From an uncultured Candidatus Saccharibacteria bacterium (lineage in GTDB: Bacteria; Patescibacteriota; Minisyncoccia; Phycocordibacterales; UBA2100): a DNA stretch of 64,000 nt. The notes under the pieces were generated by a model. The model was not told where the DNA came from, made no database searches, and worked only from the letters and a program-made list of their open reading frames with translations. A program made the position numbers and the translations under genes. How positions within the stretch are numbered: position 1 is the first letter of the stretch; each line of letters opens with the position of its first letter. The DNA lies in the NCBI GenBank assembly GCA_964589005.1, contig CAZPQI010000001.1, positions 67,675 through 131,674 on the forward strand, read 5' to 3'. Below are positions 40,537-48,867 of the stretch, piece after piece.

Positions 40537-41462
40537 ATAAACACGATAATGATTCCAAGTGCGAGTAATAGCCTATACCAAACAAATATATAGAGGGTAT
40601 TGTTGCGCAGAAATTTCAGAAGGTAGTGGATTACAAAAATTGCTACAATAAAGGCTGTAAACGTTCCGATTAGGACATCAACCCCTATTTCACCGAGTCC
40701 CACATCAAATGCCTGCTTGGCGCCTGCGCCGATAAAAATTGGTATTCCTAGCAAAAAGCTAAACTTTGCAGACACAGCTCGCGGTAAGCCAAAAAACATT
40801 CCACCCGAGATAGTCATTCCTGAGCGACTCATTCCAGGAATGAGGGCGAGTGATTGAAACAATCCAATAGCCAACCCTTTCTTCCAACTTCCCTTCTCCC
40901 AAATGGTCAGGGAGCCTCCTTGACCATTTGAGTTACGAACTGTTGTGTATCGCTCGGCAGAGATCATAATTAATGACCCAATTATAAGAGCTACTGCAAC
41001 GAGTAACGGGTTCCGAAAAATCGTAGCCATAATATCTTCAAGAAAAAGTCCTAAAATTACTGCTGGTATTATTCCAACAATAAGTGCGTATAACATTTGC
41101 TTGTCCTCTTCGGCAACCTCAATCCCAAAAGGAGTAATCCGATTACTACCGTTTGGCAGCAGTCCGGTTACTACCGTGTAAAGAGTTGCTGTTAATTTCA
41201 AAATATCACGCCAAAAATAAACAACTATTGCGGCAGCTGTGGCAAAGTGTAGAAATGAATCAAATGTTAGGTCAAGTACCCCCGCAGACCCTAAAAATTC
41301 ACGTGCGAGAATTAAATGCCCCGAAGAAGAAATTGGTAAAAACTCGGTAAGTCCCTGTACGATTCCTAGTATTATATTTGTAAAAATTGTTGGTTCAATC
41401 ATATATGAACCATATCGTACAACACTAACGTATTTCAACAAAATTTCTTTATTCGTCATCAA
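40533..41462 (-). CDS. uppP: Undecaprenyl-diphosphatase
   Basis: QGLTEFLPISSSGH, PGMSRSG. Confidence 0.95.
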   Translation of the reverse strand: MMTNKEILLKYVSVVRYGSYMIEPTIFTNIILGIVQGLTEFLPISSSGHLILAREFLGSAGVLDLTFDSFLHFATAAAIVVYFWRDILKLTATLYTVVTGLLPNGSNRITPFGIEVAEEDKQMLYALIVGIIPAVILGLFLEDIMATIFRNPLLVAVALIIGSLIMISAERYTTVRNSNGQGGSLTIWEKGSWKKGLAIGLFQSLALIPGMSRSGMTISGGMFFGLPRAVSAKFSFLLGIPIFIGAGAKQAFDVGLGEIGVDVLIGTFTAFIVAIFVIHYLLKFLRNNTLYIFVWYRLLLALGIIIVFI

Positions 41463-42318
41463 CTAAACCAAAACGATAGACATCAAAAGAATCCTCGCCT
41501 TCAAACATGTCGGAGGGATTCGGGAGATAAATACGTTTACGTGTAATTTCTTTTGTCGCGTCGTTTATGAGCTTGTGAAAAACTTTAAATTCCTCTTTGC
41601 ACTCATCAAAATTAATTACATGCTTGCGCATTTGGCTTCTCCCGTCTGCATTTCTAGTTTTTTTACATTCAAAAAAAATAAAACGCTTTACTGGTTTTTT
41701 AAATTCCTGCGAAACGGTGTAGTAATTAAAAATTGCCTGTAATACAAAAAGTGTTTTGTCTTTCCCCTTTGAGCTGAAAAACGCAACAAATTTGTGATCA
41801 ACAATATCAACCGCACCTTTATTTCCTCTCGATTCCACAACTAAATCTGAAACTGCTTTCACAGGAAGTGCTAACCCTTTTACTTTTGCATATCCTTTAA
41901 CTTCAACTCCAAGCACTTTATGCCTAGGAGGGCGTGCGAGATAAAAACCAACTGAACGTAAATACTCTTTCTCCATCACTAATCTTTTCTTTTTTTGCGC
42001 TCCGCGCGTCTTGTGGACACCAAAGTTTATTTCGAAATTTGGTACGTCGCGTAGATATTCAAGTCCAATATCAATTGCCTCATCTTTAGGTACTCCCTCG
42101 TAAAAATGCTGTAGCGCAACATGTCCAGCTCGGCCTGTAATGCCGGCAGGAGAGCTCGGAGTGTCGTATATATGCTCAACATAGCGCTTGTACCACGCCA
42201 GTGGGTTGCGCAGCAATGCCATCAAAGAAGAGTGGCTCCAGTATTTTATGGGAGGTTTTCTTCTTACCCTGACTTTCGTCTTCTGTATAACTTTCTGTTT
42301 CTTTTTCGCTCGCACCAT
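41449..42318 (-). CDS. PD-(D/E)XK nuclease superfamily protein
   Basis: WSHSS, G.A.H.AL, DLV..IVDHK, Q...Y. Confidence 0.7.
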   Translation of the reverse strand: MVRAKKKQKVIQKTKVRVRRKPPIKYWSHSSLMALLRNPLAWYKRYVEHIYDTPSSPAGITGRAGHVALQHFYEGVPKDEAIDIGLEYLRDVPNFEINFGVHKTRGAQKKKRLVMEKEYLRSVGFYLARPPRHKVLGVEVKGYAKVKGLALPVKAVSDLVVESRGNKGAVDIVDHKFVAFFSSKGKDKTLFVLQAIFNYYTVSQEFKKPVKRFIFFECKKTRNADGRSQMRKHVINFDECKEEFKVFHKLINDATKEITRKRIYLPNPSDMFEGEDSFDVYRFGLVDDE

Positions 42319-42333
42319 AGGCAGCAGTATACA

Positions 42334-43497
42334 TTACGAGTTTGCCACGGCACCAGAAACCGCTTCCACTATCCCCTCGTCAAATGGTTCAGGAATTATT
42401 TTTTCTGCTGTTGGCTCTTTAACAAGTGCTGCGAGGGCTTCAGCTGCTTTAATTTTCATATCGTCGGTAATTTGCGAAACTCCTGAATCAAATGCTCCTT
42501 TAAATATTCCAGGGAATACTAATGAATTGTTTATCTGATTTGGTTGATCCGAACGGCCCGTGGCTACTACTGTAGCTCCCGCATTTCTTGCAACATCTGG
42601 ATCAATTTCAGGCACAGGATTCGCAAGTGCAAAGATTATTGGTTCTGAATTCATAGTCGCAACCATTTCTTTCGTTAAAATATTCGGTGCTGAAACCCCT
42701 ATAAATACATCCTTACCAACTACGGCTTCCTCTAACCCGCCACAAATTTCGCTAATAGCACAACATTCCAGTATCTTTTTCTGAGACACATCTAAGTCTT
42801 CGCGACACTTTGAAACAATACCTCCTCCGTCAACAATAGTTACTCGAGGAAAACCGTACTTCTGCAATAGCGAAACTATCGCAATACCTGCCGCCCCAGA
42901 ACCAGTAACAACAATTTTCAAATCATCTTTAATCTTCCCAGTAACCTTAAGTGCATTAATGAGTCCTGCCAAAACTACAATAGCGGTGCCGTGTTGGTCG
43001 TCGTGAAATACAGGGATATCGAGTTCTGCTTTTAATCTTTCCTCAATTTCAAAACACCGTGGTGCAGAAATATCTTCAAGATTAATACCACCAAATGTAG
43101 GAGCAATATTCTTAATCGTCTCTACTATTTCGTCAACATCTTGTGTGGCAAGAGCTATAGGAAAAGCATCCACACCAGCAAAGGTTTTAAACAGTGCACA
43201 TTTGCCCTCCATAACTGGTAACGCCGCTTCTGGGCCAATATTGCCCAAGCCAAGCACTGCTGAGCCATCTGTGATGACAGCCACCATCTTTTTAGTCGCG
43301 ACTAAATCGCGTGCTCGTTCAGGATTTTTGGCAATCAATTCTGAAACTGCTGCCACGCCTGGCGTATAGGCGATTGAAAGCTCCTCTTTGTTTGTAACGG
43401 GGAATATACTTTCAATGCGAATCTTTCCACCCTTTTCTTCGTGCTGCCTGATTGATTCCTCTCCGTAATTCATTCGGGCAAGTATATCACGCAGCAT
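42334..43497 (-). CDS. NAD(P)-dependent malic enzyme
   Basis: AYTPGVA, MEGK, NLEDISAPRCF, HDDQHGT, GSGAAG, NNSLVFPG. Confidence 0.95.
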   Translation of the reverse strand: MLRDILARMNYGEESIRQHEEKGGKIRIESIFPVTNKEELSIAYTPGVAAVSELIAKNPERARDLVATKKMVAVITDGSAVLGLGNIGPEAALPVMEGKCALFKTFAGVDAFPIALATQDVDEIVETIKNIAPTFGGINLEDISAPRCFEIEERLKAELDIPVFHDDQHGTAIVVLAGLINALKVTGKIKDDLKIVVTGSGAAGIAIVSLLQKYGFPRVTIVDGGGIVSKCREDLDVSQKKILECCAISEICGGLEEAVVGKDVFIGVSAPNILTKEMVATMNSEPIIFALANPVPEIDPDVARNAGATVVATGRSDQPNQINNSLVFPGIFKGAFDSGVSQITDDMKIKAAEALAALVKEPTAEKIIPEPFDEGIVEAVSGAVANS

Positions 43498-43589
43498 TAT
43501 ACAGCACAGCCTTTGCAGAAAGGTGCTCTTAGTGATAAAATCGCTCGGTACATTTATCCGTTACTAGCTTAATAAAGGACAGGGAACTT

Positions 43590-44015
43590 ATGAATACCGA
43601 AGTAGCACAAGAAAAACAATACGACGTCGAACGAATCGAAACACCGCTCGACATTGCACGTGGAAATTTCGAGAAATGGAACGAAGCTCTGCAGAGCAAA
43701 GATCCAGCTATTGTGTCCGCACTTTATACAGAAAGTGCATCATTTCTTCCCACTATGGAGGTGACAAAAAGTGGTCGTGCTGAAGCGGAACAATATTTTG
43801 TTCATTTTCTTGACAAATTACCACTTGGTACTATTACAGAAGATACCGTGCAGCAAATAACCAACGATACTATCGTCCACTCAGGCCTTTATGACTTTGA
43901 ACTTGGTCCAGAAAATAACCGAAGTATCGCACATGCTCGCTTTACGTTTGTTTGGACACAAATAGACGGTTCGTGGAAAATCTTACACCACCATTCGTCT
44001 GTTGTTCCACAGTAG
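43590..44015 (+). CDS. NTF2-like SgcJ/EcaC/CaMKII-AD family protein; candidate iota-class carbonic anhydrase
   Basis: FLPT, YF.HF, SGLY.F, ARFTF, HHHSS. Confidence 0.75.
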   Translation: MNTEVAQEKQYDVERIETPLDIARGNFEKWNEALQSKDPAIVSALYTESASFLPTMEVTKSGRAEAEQYFVHFLDKLPLGTITEDTVQQITNDTIVHSGLYDFELGPENNRSIAHARFTFVWTQIDGSWKILHHHSSVVPQ

Positions 44016-44078
44016 GAGCCTAACGAAATAATGTTGTACAAAAACCCTTGCTTAAGTGCGAGGGTTTTTATATTAAGA

Positions 44079-44699
44079 TTAAACAATTTCTTTTTCCTCA
44101 GGTTTCAGTTCTCTCAATTTTTGGTCTTCTTGGTACAGTTTGTAAAGTTCATTCATTGCTCGTTGTATCATTTCTTCATCATACGCATCGAAAAATTTCT
44201 CAAGCCTATGCACGAGTCTACGGACGCTATCGGCTATTAACCCCTCTATATTTTCTTCTAACTTCTCTCCAAGCACATCCTCTCTTCCAAAGGATCTCTC
44301 CATTTTTATATACAAATCATCGATATTTTCAAGTTCTCGGATCGCCTGAGCAATCAGAATATTTTCTTCAGAACTGAGTTCCTTAGACTCATACGTTTCG
44401 CTCCTTGCTACGGCACTAATTTTTCTCATGCGTGCTGAAAGTGCATTAATTTCCTGAAGTAATTTTTTTGCAGCCTCTGTGTCAAGACGGGGGACTATTG
44501 GTTTTTCTGGAAATAAATCTTTCACAAAGCCAGTACTGTAATGAGCTTGGCTCTCATTTGGACTCGTTGAAATACTTGCTTGAGCATTACCTTCTGGAAC
44601 AGCAAGTGCTCCAAAAAGTGCTGTGGCAAATATAGCCGCCTTTTTCCCGTTGACCTTTTTACCTTTTTCCGGATTTTCGTTACCAATTTTTTCGATCAT
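44079..44699 (-). CDS. Hypothetical protein
   Basis: ORF with a signal-like segment and coiled coil. Confidence 0.5.
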   Translation of the reverse strand: MIEKIGNENPEKGKKVNGKKAAIFATALFGALAVPEGNAQASISTSPNESQAHYSTGFVKDLFPEKPIVPRLDTEAAKKLLQEINALSARMRKISAVARSETYESKELSSEENILIAQAIRELENIDDLYIKMERSFGREDVLGEKLEENIEGLIADSVRRLVHRLEKFFDAYDEEMIQRAMNELYKLYQEDQKLRELKPEEKEIV

Positions 44700-44740
44700 A
44701 TTAAAAATTATCGCCTAACTCGTATCGAAAGTATACCAGA

Positions 44741-45718
44741 TCATAAATTAGAGGAACGATTCAATATAACTAAAAGTGCCATCCTAACCCATAAACCATT
44801 TTGAGCTTGCTCGAAGTGGCGTGCGTGCGAGTCGTTGTCCACCTCCACTGCCATTTCATCCACTCTCGGCAATGGATGCATAATAATTGCATCGTCCTTC
44901 ATTTGTTCAGCTAACTTTTTTGTTAATACATATTTTCCTTGAGCTTTTTCGTATTCTTCTTCACTCCCAAAGCGCTCCTTTTGTATTCGAGTCATATAGA
45001 GTACGTCTACTTTTTTAATGACTTCCTCAATCGTCTGCAGTTCCATATATGGAACTGCATTCTCTTTTAAATGTTCTTTCAGACTCTCCTTAAGCGAGCA
45101 GCTCTTTGGAGCAACAAAGCTAAAAGAATTTCCTGTGAATTTGGCAAGAATATACACCATCGAATCACACGTGCGCCCGTTGAGTAAATCGCCCACTCCT
45201 GCGATATGTAAGTTCTCGAGCGTTCCATGCTCGCGCCAAATGGTGTACACGTCAAGAAGCCCCTGCGTTGGATGCTGGCTACGCCCCGAGCCTGCGTTTA
45301 TCAATGGAACAGAAACTGTGGAGAGTGCTTTTATAGATGCGTCATCTTCGTGATGTCGCATAATAATCATATCGCTGTACATCGAAATAATACGAATAGT
45401 ATCTTCAATAGTTTCTCCTTTAGATACTGAAGAAGAACCTCGGGCGTTTTCAGTGGAAATTATAGAGCCACCCAGGCGAGCTATTGCAGACTCGAACGAA
45501 AGGCGCGTGCGAGTTGAGGGTTCATAAAAAAGCGTGGCAACTACTTTGCCACGCAATTCATTTTGGTATTCCTGAGGATTTGTCCGAATATCGTCAGTAA
45601 GAGCAAATAATTCCGCTAGAAACTCCGGCGTAAATTGCTGCGCGAGTATAGTGTGTGTATACGGACTCGGGTACGTACCCATTAAAACTAAATGGTAACA
45701 TTGGGACTCACAAACCAC
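44741..45718 (-). CDS. pyrB: Aspartate carbamoyltransferase
   Basis: FYEPSTRTRLSF, HPTQ, RIQKER, MHPLPR. Confidence 0.96.
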   Translation of the reverse strand: MVCESQCYHLVLMGTYPSPYTHTILAQQFTPEFLAELFALTDDIRTNPQEYQNELRGKVVATLFYEPSTRTRLSFESAIARLGGSIISTENARGSSSVSKGETIEDTIRIISMYSDMIIMRHHEDDASIKALSTVSVPLINAGSGRSQHPTQGLLDVYTIWREHGTLENLHIAGVGDLLNGRTCDSMVYILAKFTGNSFSFVAPKSCSLKESLKEHLKENAVPYMELQTIEEVIKKVDVLYMTRIQKERFGSEEEYEKAQGKYVLTKKLAEQMKDDAIIMHPLPRVDEMAVEVDNDSHARHFEQAQNGLWVRMALLVILNRSSNL

Positions 45719-45783
45719 AAATATTGTAAAAATAAATTACCCTCATTAGCTTGCTCTAGAGTAGTTTATTACTACGTAGTTAT

Positions 45784-46791
45784 CTACGTATTTAAATGCT
45801 GAGAAAAAGGGTGTATGCATTCTTTTAACTCATAAGCATCCCCATGTCCTAGTAAACCTAAGTACGATTGCAAAGTCTCTTGCTTTCCATCAGTTTCAGC
45901 AACCCTCTTTAACATCCTGCGTTTTGTTACACTGCGTAGCACACGATGGTTAGGAAAATGTACCCAACCTAAAAAATCTATCCCAGAAGCAAGTGTCTCA
46001 ACAGAAGTCTTTCGTTGATGTAATTCGAGCTGTAGTTTAACTTGTAAAAACCTTTCGATATATCGAAAGGTTTTTACAGGAACATTCCTATCGTGTGAAA
46101 GAAACATGAAATCGTCAGCATAACGAATATAGTATTTTGCTTTCAGTTTGTGCTTAACAAACTGGTCAAACTCATTCATATATATATTAACAAAAAGTTG
46201 CGAAGTGAGGTTACCAAGCGGTAATCCTTTTCCTTTCACCCCGGAGTTGAAGCTCCCCATAATTTCTGCCAAAAGTGCAATACTATCTTTGTCAGCGATA
46301 TGTTTCTTCAAAATATCCATTAAGATACTATGGTCAATAGAGGCAAAGAACTTTCGTATGTCGCTTTTAAATACCCATACTGTTTTCGTGTTGTTTTTGG
46401 AAACTTTGTTTGAAAAACTACGAAAACGATTCACCGCTTTGTGTGTTCCCTTATTACTTCTACAAGAATATGAGTCAGCGATGAACGTGTTGTCAAAATA
46501 TGGATAGAGTTGTCTATATAATGCGTGGTGAAGCAAGCGATCACGGACACTTGCCTTGTGAATATTTCTTGGCTTCGGGTCGGAAATATTAAAGGCTTCG
46601 TATTTGCCATGCTTGTATATTTTGTTTTTTAAATCTTGGTGTAATGAAAGTATGTTATCCATTAGATGTAATTGGAATTCCTGCACATCTTTTCGTTTTC
46701 TTTTACCATTGAGAAATTCCTTCCACGCACCAAGAAGATTTTCTACTGAGATGATATCATTGTATGTATGAGAAAATCTCAACATCAGCAT
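45784..46791 (-). CDS. DGR reverse transcriptase
   Basis: DPKPR.I, RDRLLH, DIRKFF.SI, GLPLGNLTSQ, YIRYADD, IDFLG; start placed at the ATG just after the G10 run. Confidence 0.95.
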   Translation of the reverse strand: MLMLRFSHTYNDIISVENLLGAWKEFLNGKRKRKDVQEFQLHLMDNILSLHQDLKNKIYKHGKYEAFNISDPKPRNIHKASVRDRLLHHALYRQLYPYFDNTFIADSYSCRSNKGTHKAVNRFRSFSNKVSKNNTKTVWVFKSDIRKFFASIDHSILMDILKKHIADKDSIALLAEIMGSFNSGVKGKGLPLGNLTSQLFVNIYMNEFDQFVKHKLKAKYYIRYADDFMFLSHDRNVPVKTFRYIERFLQVKLQLELHQRKTSVETLASGIDFLGWVHFPNHRVLRSVTKRRMLKRVAETDGKQETLQSYLGLLGHGDAYELKECIHPFSQHLNT

Positions 46792-46798
46792 AATACTA

Positions 46799-46808
46799 CC
46801 CCCCCCCC
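46799..46808. repeat. C10/G10 homopolymer between the RT and avd starts
   Basis: CCCCCCCCCC; far longer than other C/G runs I noticed in the window. Confidence 0.9.
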
Positions 46809-46826
46809 GCAACTACTCAACCTAAG

Positions 46827-47180
46827 TTGATACCAGTGGTTTTAAGATTGAAGGATGTGTACGGTATATGGCAAGCATATCTTATACACTTCCCGAAACA
46901 AAATCGCTATACTCTTGGCTCAAAAATTGACGAAGTATTCTTGCTCGCTATAGAATATTGTTTCCTAGCTAGTTACGCCCCAAAAGATACTAAAATTATT
47001 CACCTCAACCGCTGTATATCGCGAGTTGACCTTCTTAAGTTACTTTTACAATTATCTTGGGAAATACAAGCACTGGACACTAAAAAATATACGGTACTTA
47101 GTGAACAACTACAGGAAGTAGGCAGAATGCTTGGCGGGTGGAGAAAGGGGTTGGAAGTTAAAAACTCCCCACAAAAGTGA
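46827..47180 (+). CDS. avd: Avd-like four-helix-bundle accessory protein
   Basis: FPK..RYTLG.KID, DLLK.LL.L, L.EVGRMLGGW; TTG start as assembled. Confidence 0.88.
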   Translation: MIPVVLRLKDVYGIWQAYLIHFPKQNRYTLGSKIDEVFLLAIEYCFLASYAPKDTKIIHLNRCISRVDLLKLLLQLSWEIQALDTKKYTVLSEQLQEVGRMLGGWRKGLEVKNSPQK

Positions 47181-47193
47181 GGAGAAAATGATG

Positions 47194-47309
47194 TGTTGCT
47201 TGACCACCAAGCGATGGCGAGAGTCCGCATTCCAGACGTTGTCATTGTCAAAGCGGTTCACGTTGACCTTGAGCTTACCAGCATTCACATTGACGTTAGC
47301 GACAAACAG
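47194..47309 (-). repeat. DGR template repeat (TR), 116 bp
   Basis: Matches VR except at 10 positions that are all A on the minus strand; rich in AAC/AAT codons. Confidence 0.96.
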
Positions 47310-47562
47310 AGACGATATGTGAAGTGTGCCATCCATACCACCAACATTTGATAGCGAATTAACAAATATTTGTATTTTATGCGAGACCTAAAAGTCTTCA
47401 GAGAACACCTCACCAACAAACTATTTTTTTAAAAGAAATAACGTAACCATGCTCCAATCAGTCGTAACTTTATGAACTCTAAACTACGTCTTCCTACACA
47501 CAAACTTCCAAAGCCGTGACCGTTGAAATATTATCTGTGGCTTCCTTAGTATACAAAAGAAA

Positions 47563-47601
47563 TCCCTCGGGCGCCCATAAAAAATGAGAGCGTCCGAGGG
47601 A
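47563..47601 (-). terminator. GC-rich hairpin downstream of the target gene (terminator and/or DGR homing hairpin)
   Basis: TCCCTCGGGCGC..GCGTCCGAGGGA, followed by a T-rich tract on the minus strand. Confidence 0.6.
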
Positions 47602-47638
47602 CTAAGGTTCAAAGGGTCAAAGACCAAAGTGCAAAGAA

Positions 47639-48295
47639 TCAAACAGTCTGTTGCTTGACCACCAAGCGATGGCGAGAGTCCGCACGCCAGACGTAGCCAT
47701 AGTCAAAGCGGTCCACGTAGACCTTGAGCTTACCAGCACTCACATCGACGTAAGCGACAAACAGTTCATCATTTACTTCAAACAAAAAGAAGGTGCCATA
47801 TCCTTCTTGCCGGAGCAAGTCGCGATGCGAGCGGCAAAACTCTTTTATCTGTCCCTGGGTGAGACAGAACTTGTGTGGGTCGCCGAGTGAGCTAAACAGC
47901 GTTTGATAGTTACCGTCGTGTGTCATTTCGTACACGTCAACGGCTGTTTTTTCGGTGTCTTCGCCGGGGACGTTCGTGCTCCAGTTTTTGAAGTCACTGT
48001 CAACCCATCCGTTGAAGACGTCGTTGGCTTTAGCGAGTGTGACCGCGCCCTTCGCGAAAGCGATGGTGGTACTTTCAAGATAATGGAGGTAATCGTTGTC
48101 CTTGGTAGGGGCGATGGCCTCTAAAAATGCCTCGATACCACATTCCATTGCTTCGGCTCCAGCCTGAGTGCCAAGACGATGAATCGCCTCATCACTTATT
48201 CCGTGTTCACGGAGTCCGTTGATAACCCCACCTGCAAACTGAACGAGCCAACCTGCACCAGAGATAATCTCGTGTGGTTTATTTTTGCTAGACAT
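47639..48295 (-). CDS. DGR target (variable) protein, 218 aa, VR at C-terminus
   Basis: Last ~40 codons are the VR; no signal peptide or TM seen. Confidence 0.92.
   Translation of the reverse strand: MSSKNKPHEIISGAGWLVQFAGGVINGLREHGISDEAIHRLGTQAGAEAMECGIEAFLEAIAPTKDNDYLHYLESTTIAFAKGAVTLAKANDVFNGWVDSDFKNWSTNVPGEDTEKTAVDVYEMTHDGNYQTLFSSLGDPHKFCLTQGQIKEFCRSHRDLLRQEGYGTFFLFEVNDELFVAYVDVSAGKLKVYVDRFDYGYVWRADSRHRLVVKQQTV
47649..47764 (-). repeat. DGR variable repeat (VR), 116 bp
   Basis: Ungapped alignment to TR 47194-47309, 106/116 identical. Confidence 0.96.
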
Positions 48296-48615
48296 TTTAG
48301 TCCTTCCTATGGTTCAAATCTCATTCAGAACGTGTGTCCCAAACCTCATTCTCACCAATTTAAGTTGAAAAATACTACGCCACAATGGTCATAGCTACAA
48401 ATCACCTAAACTTAGGTACCTTGTAGCTATAACCAACAAAATCTCTTATGTAAAGAACTATGCGTATACTATACCACATTTTATAGAGTACGCAAGTTCG
48501 CAAGTCCTGAAAGACAGGTAGAAATACACAGGATGCACAAAAAAACTGTTTCGTAGTTACGTAGCGAATCCAGTGTTGGGTATACTGTATGAAGCTTCAA
48601 ATTCATACTAGATCA

Positions 48616-48641
48616 AAGTGTATCGGTTAACCGATACACTT
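48616..48641. repeat. 26-bp perfect palindrome, copy 2
   Basis: Identical to 6864-6889. Confidence 0.9.
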
Positions 48642-48867
48642 ATGCACTAGATTTTAAGATTAATTTTAGAAATAATACCGCACTTGTTAATAAGTGCGGT
48701 ATTATTTAAGCTAGCAGCTCCAAGCTCACGACTACTTTCCCAAGGCGAGCAAGAGTGCTGCTAGTTCGAGGAGTATAAGAAAACTACTTCGAGATGTACG
48801 TCTTTGGTACTTCTCGAAGTAGTTTTTGTAAATGCGACAAAGAAATAGTAGTGCTGTTGCTCGCCGA

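Larger units (their letters stand above)
45784..48295 (-). mobile_element. Diversity-generating retroelement (target/VR - TR - avd[antisense] - RT)
   Basis: RT, Avd-like gene and a TR/VR pair with adenine-specific mismatches. Confidence 0.96.

Noticed and set aside
45784-46812. RT as a group II intron, retron or Abi RT
   Set aside because: No maturase X/En domain or intron boundaries are visible. The LGNLTSQ motif, Avd and TR/VR pair identify a DGR.
47109-47336. 75-aa minus-strand ORF similar to the target C-terminus
   Set aside because: It is the TR read in the VR frame. TRs are commonly open, and there is no evidence it is a separate gene.
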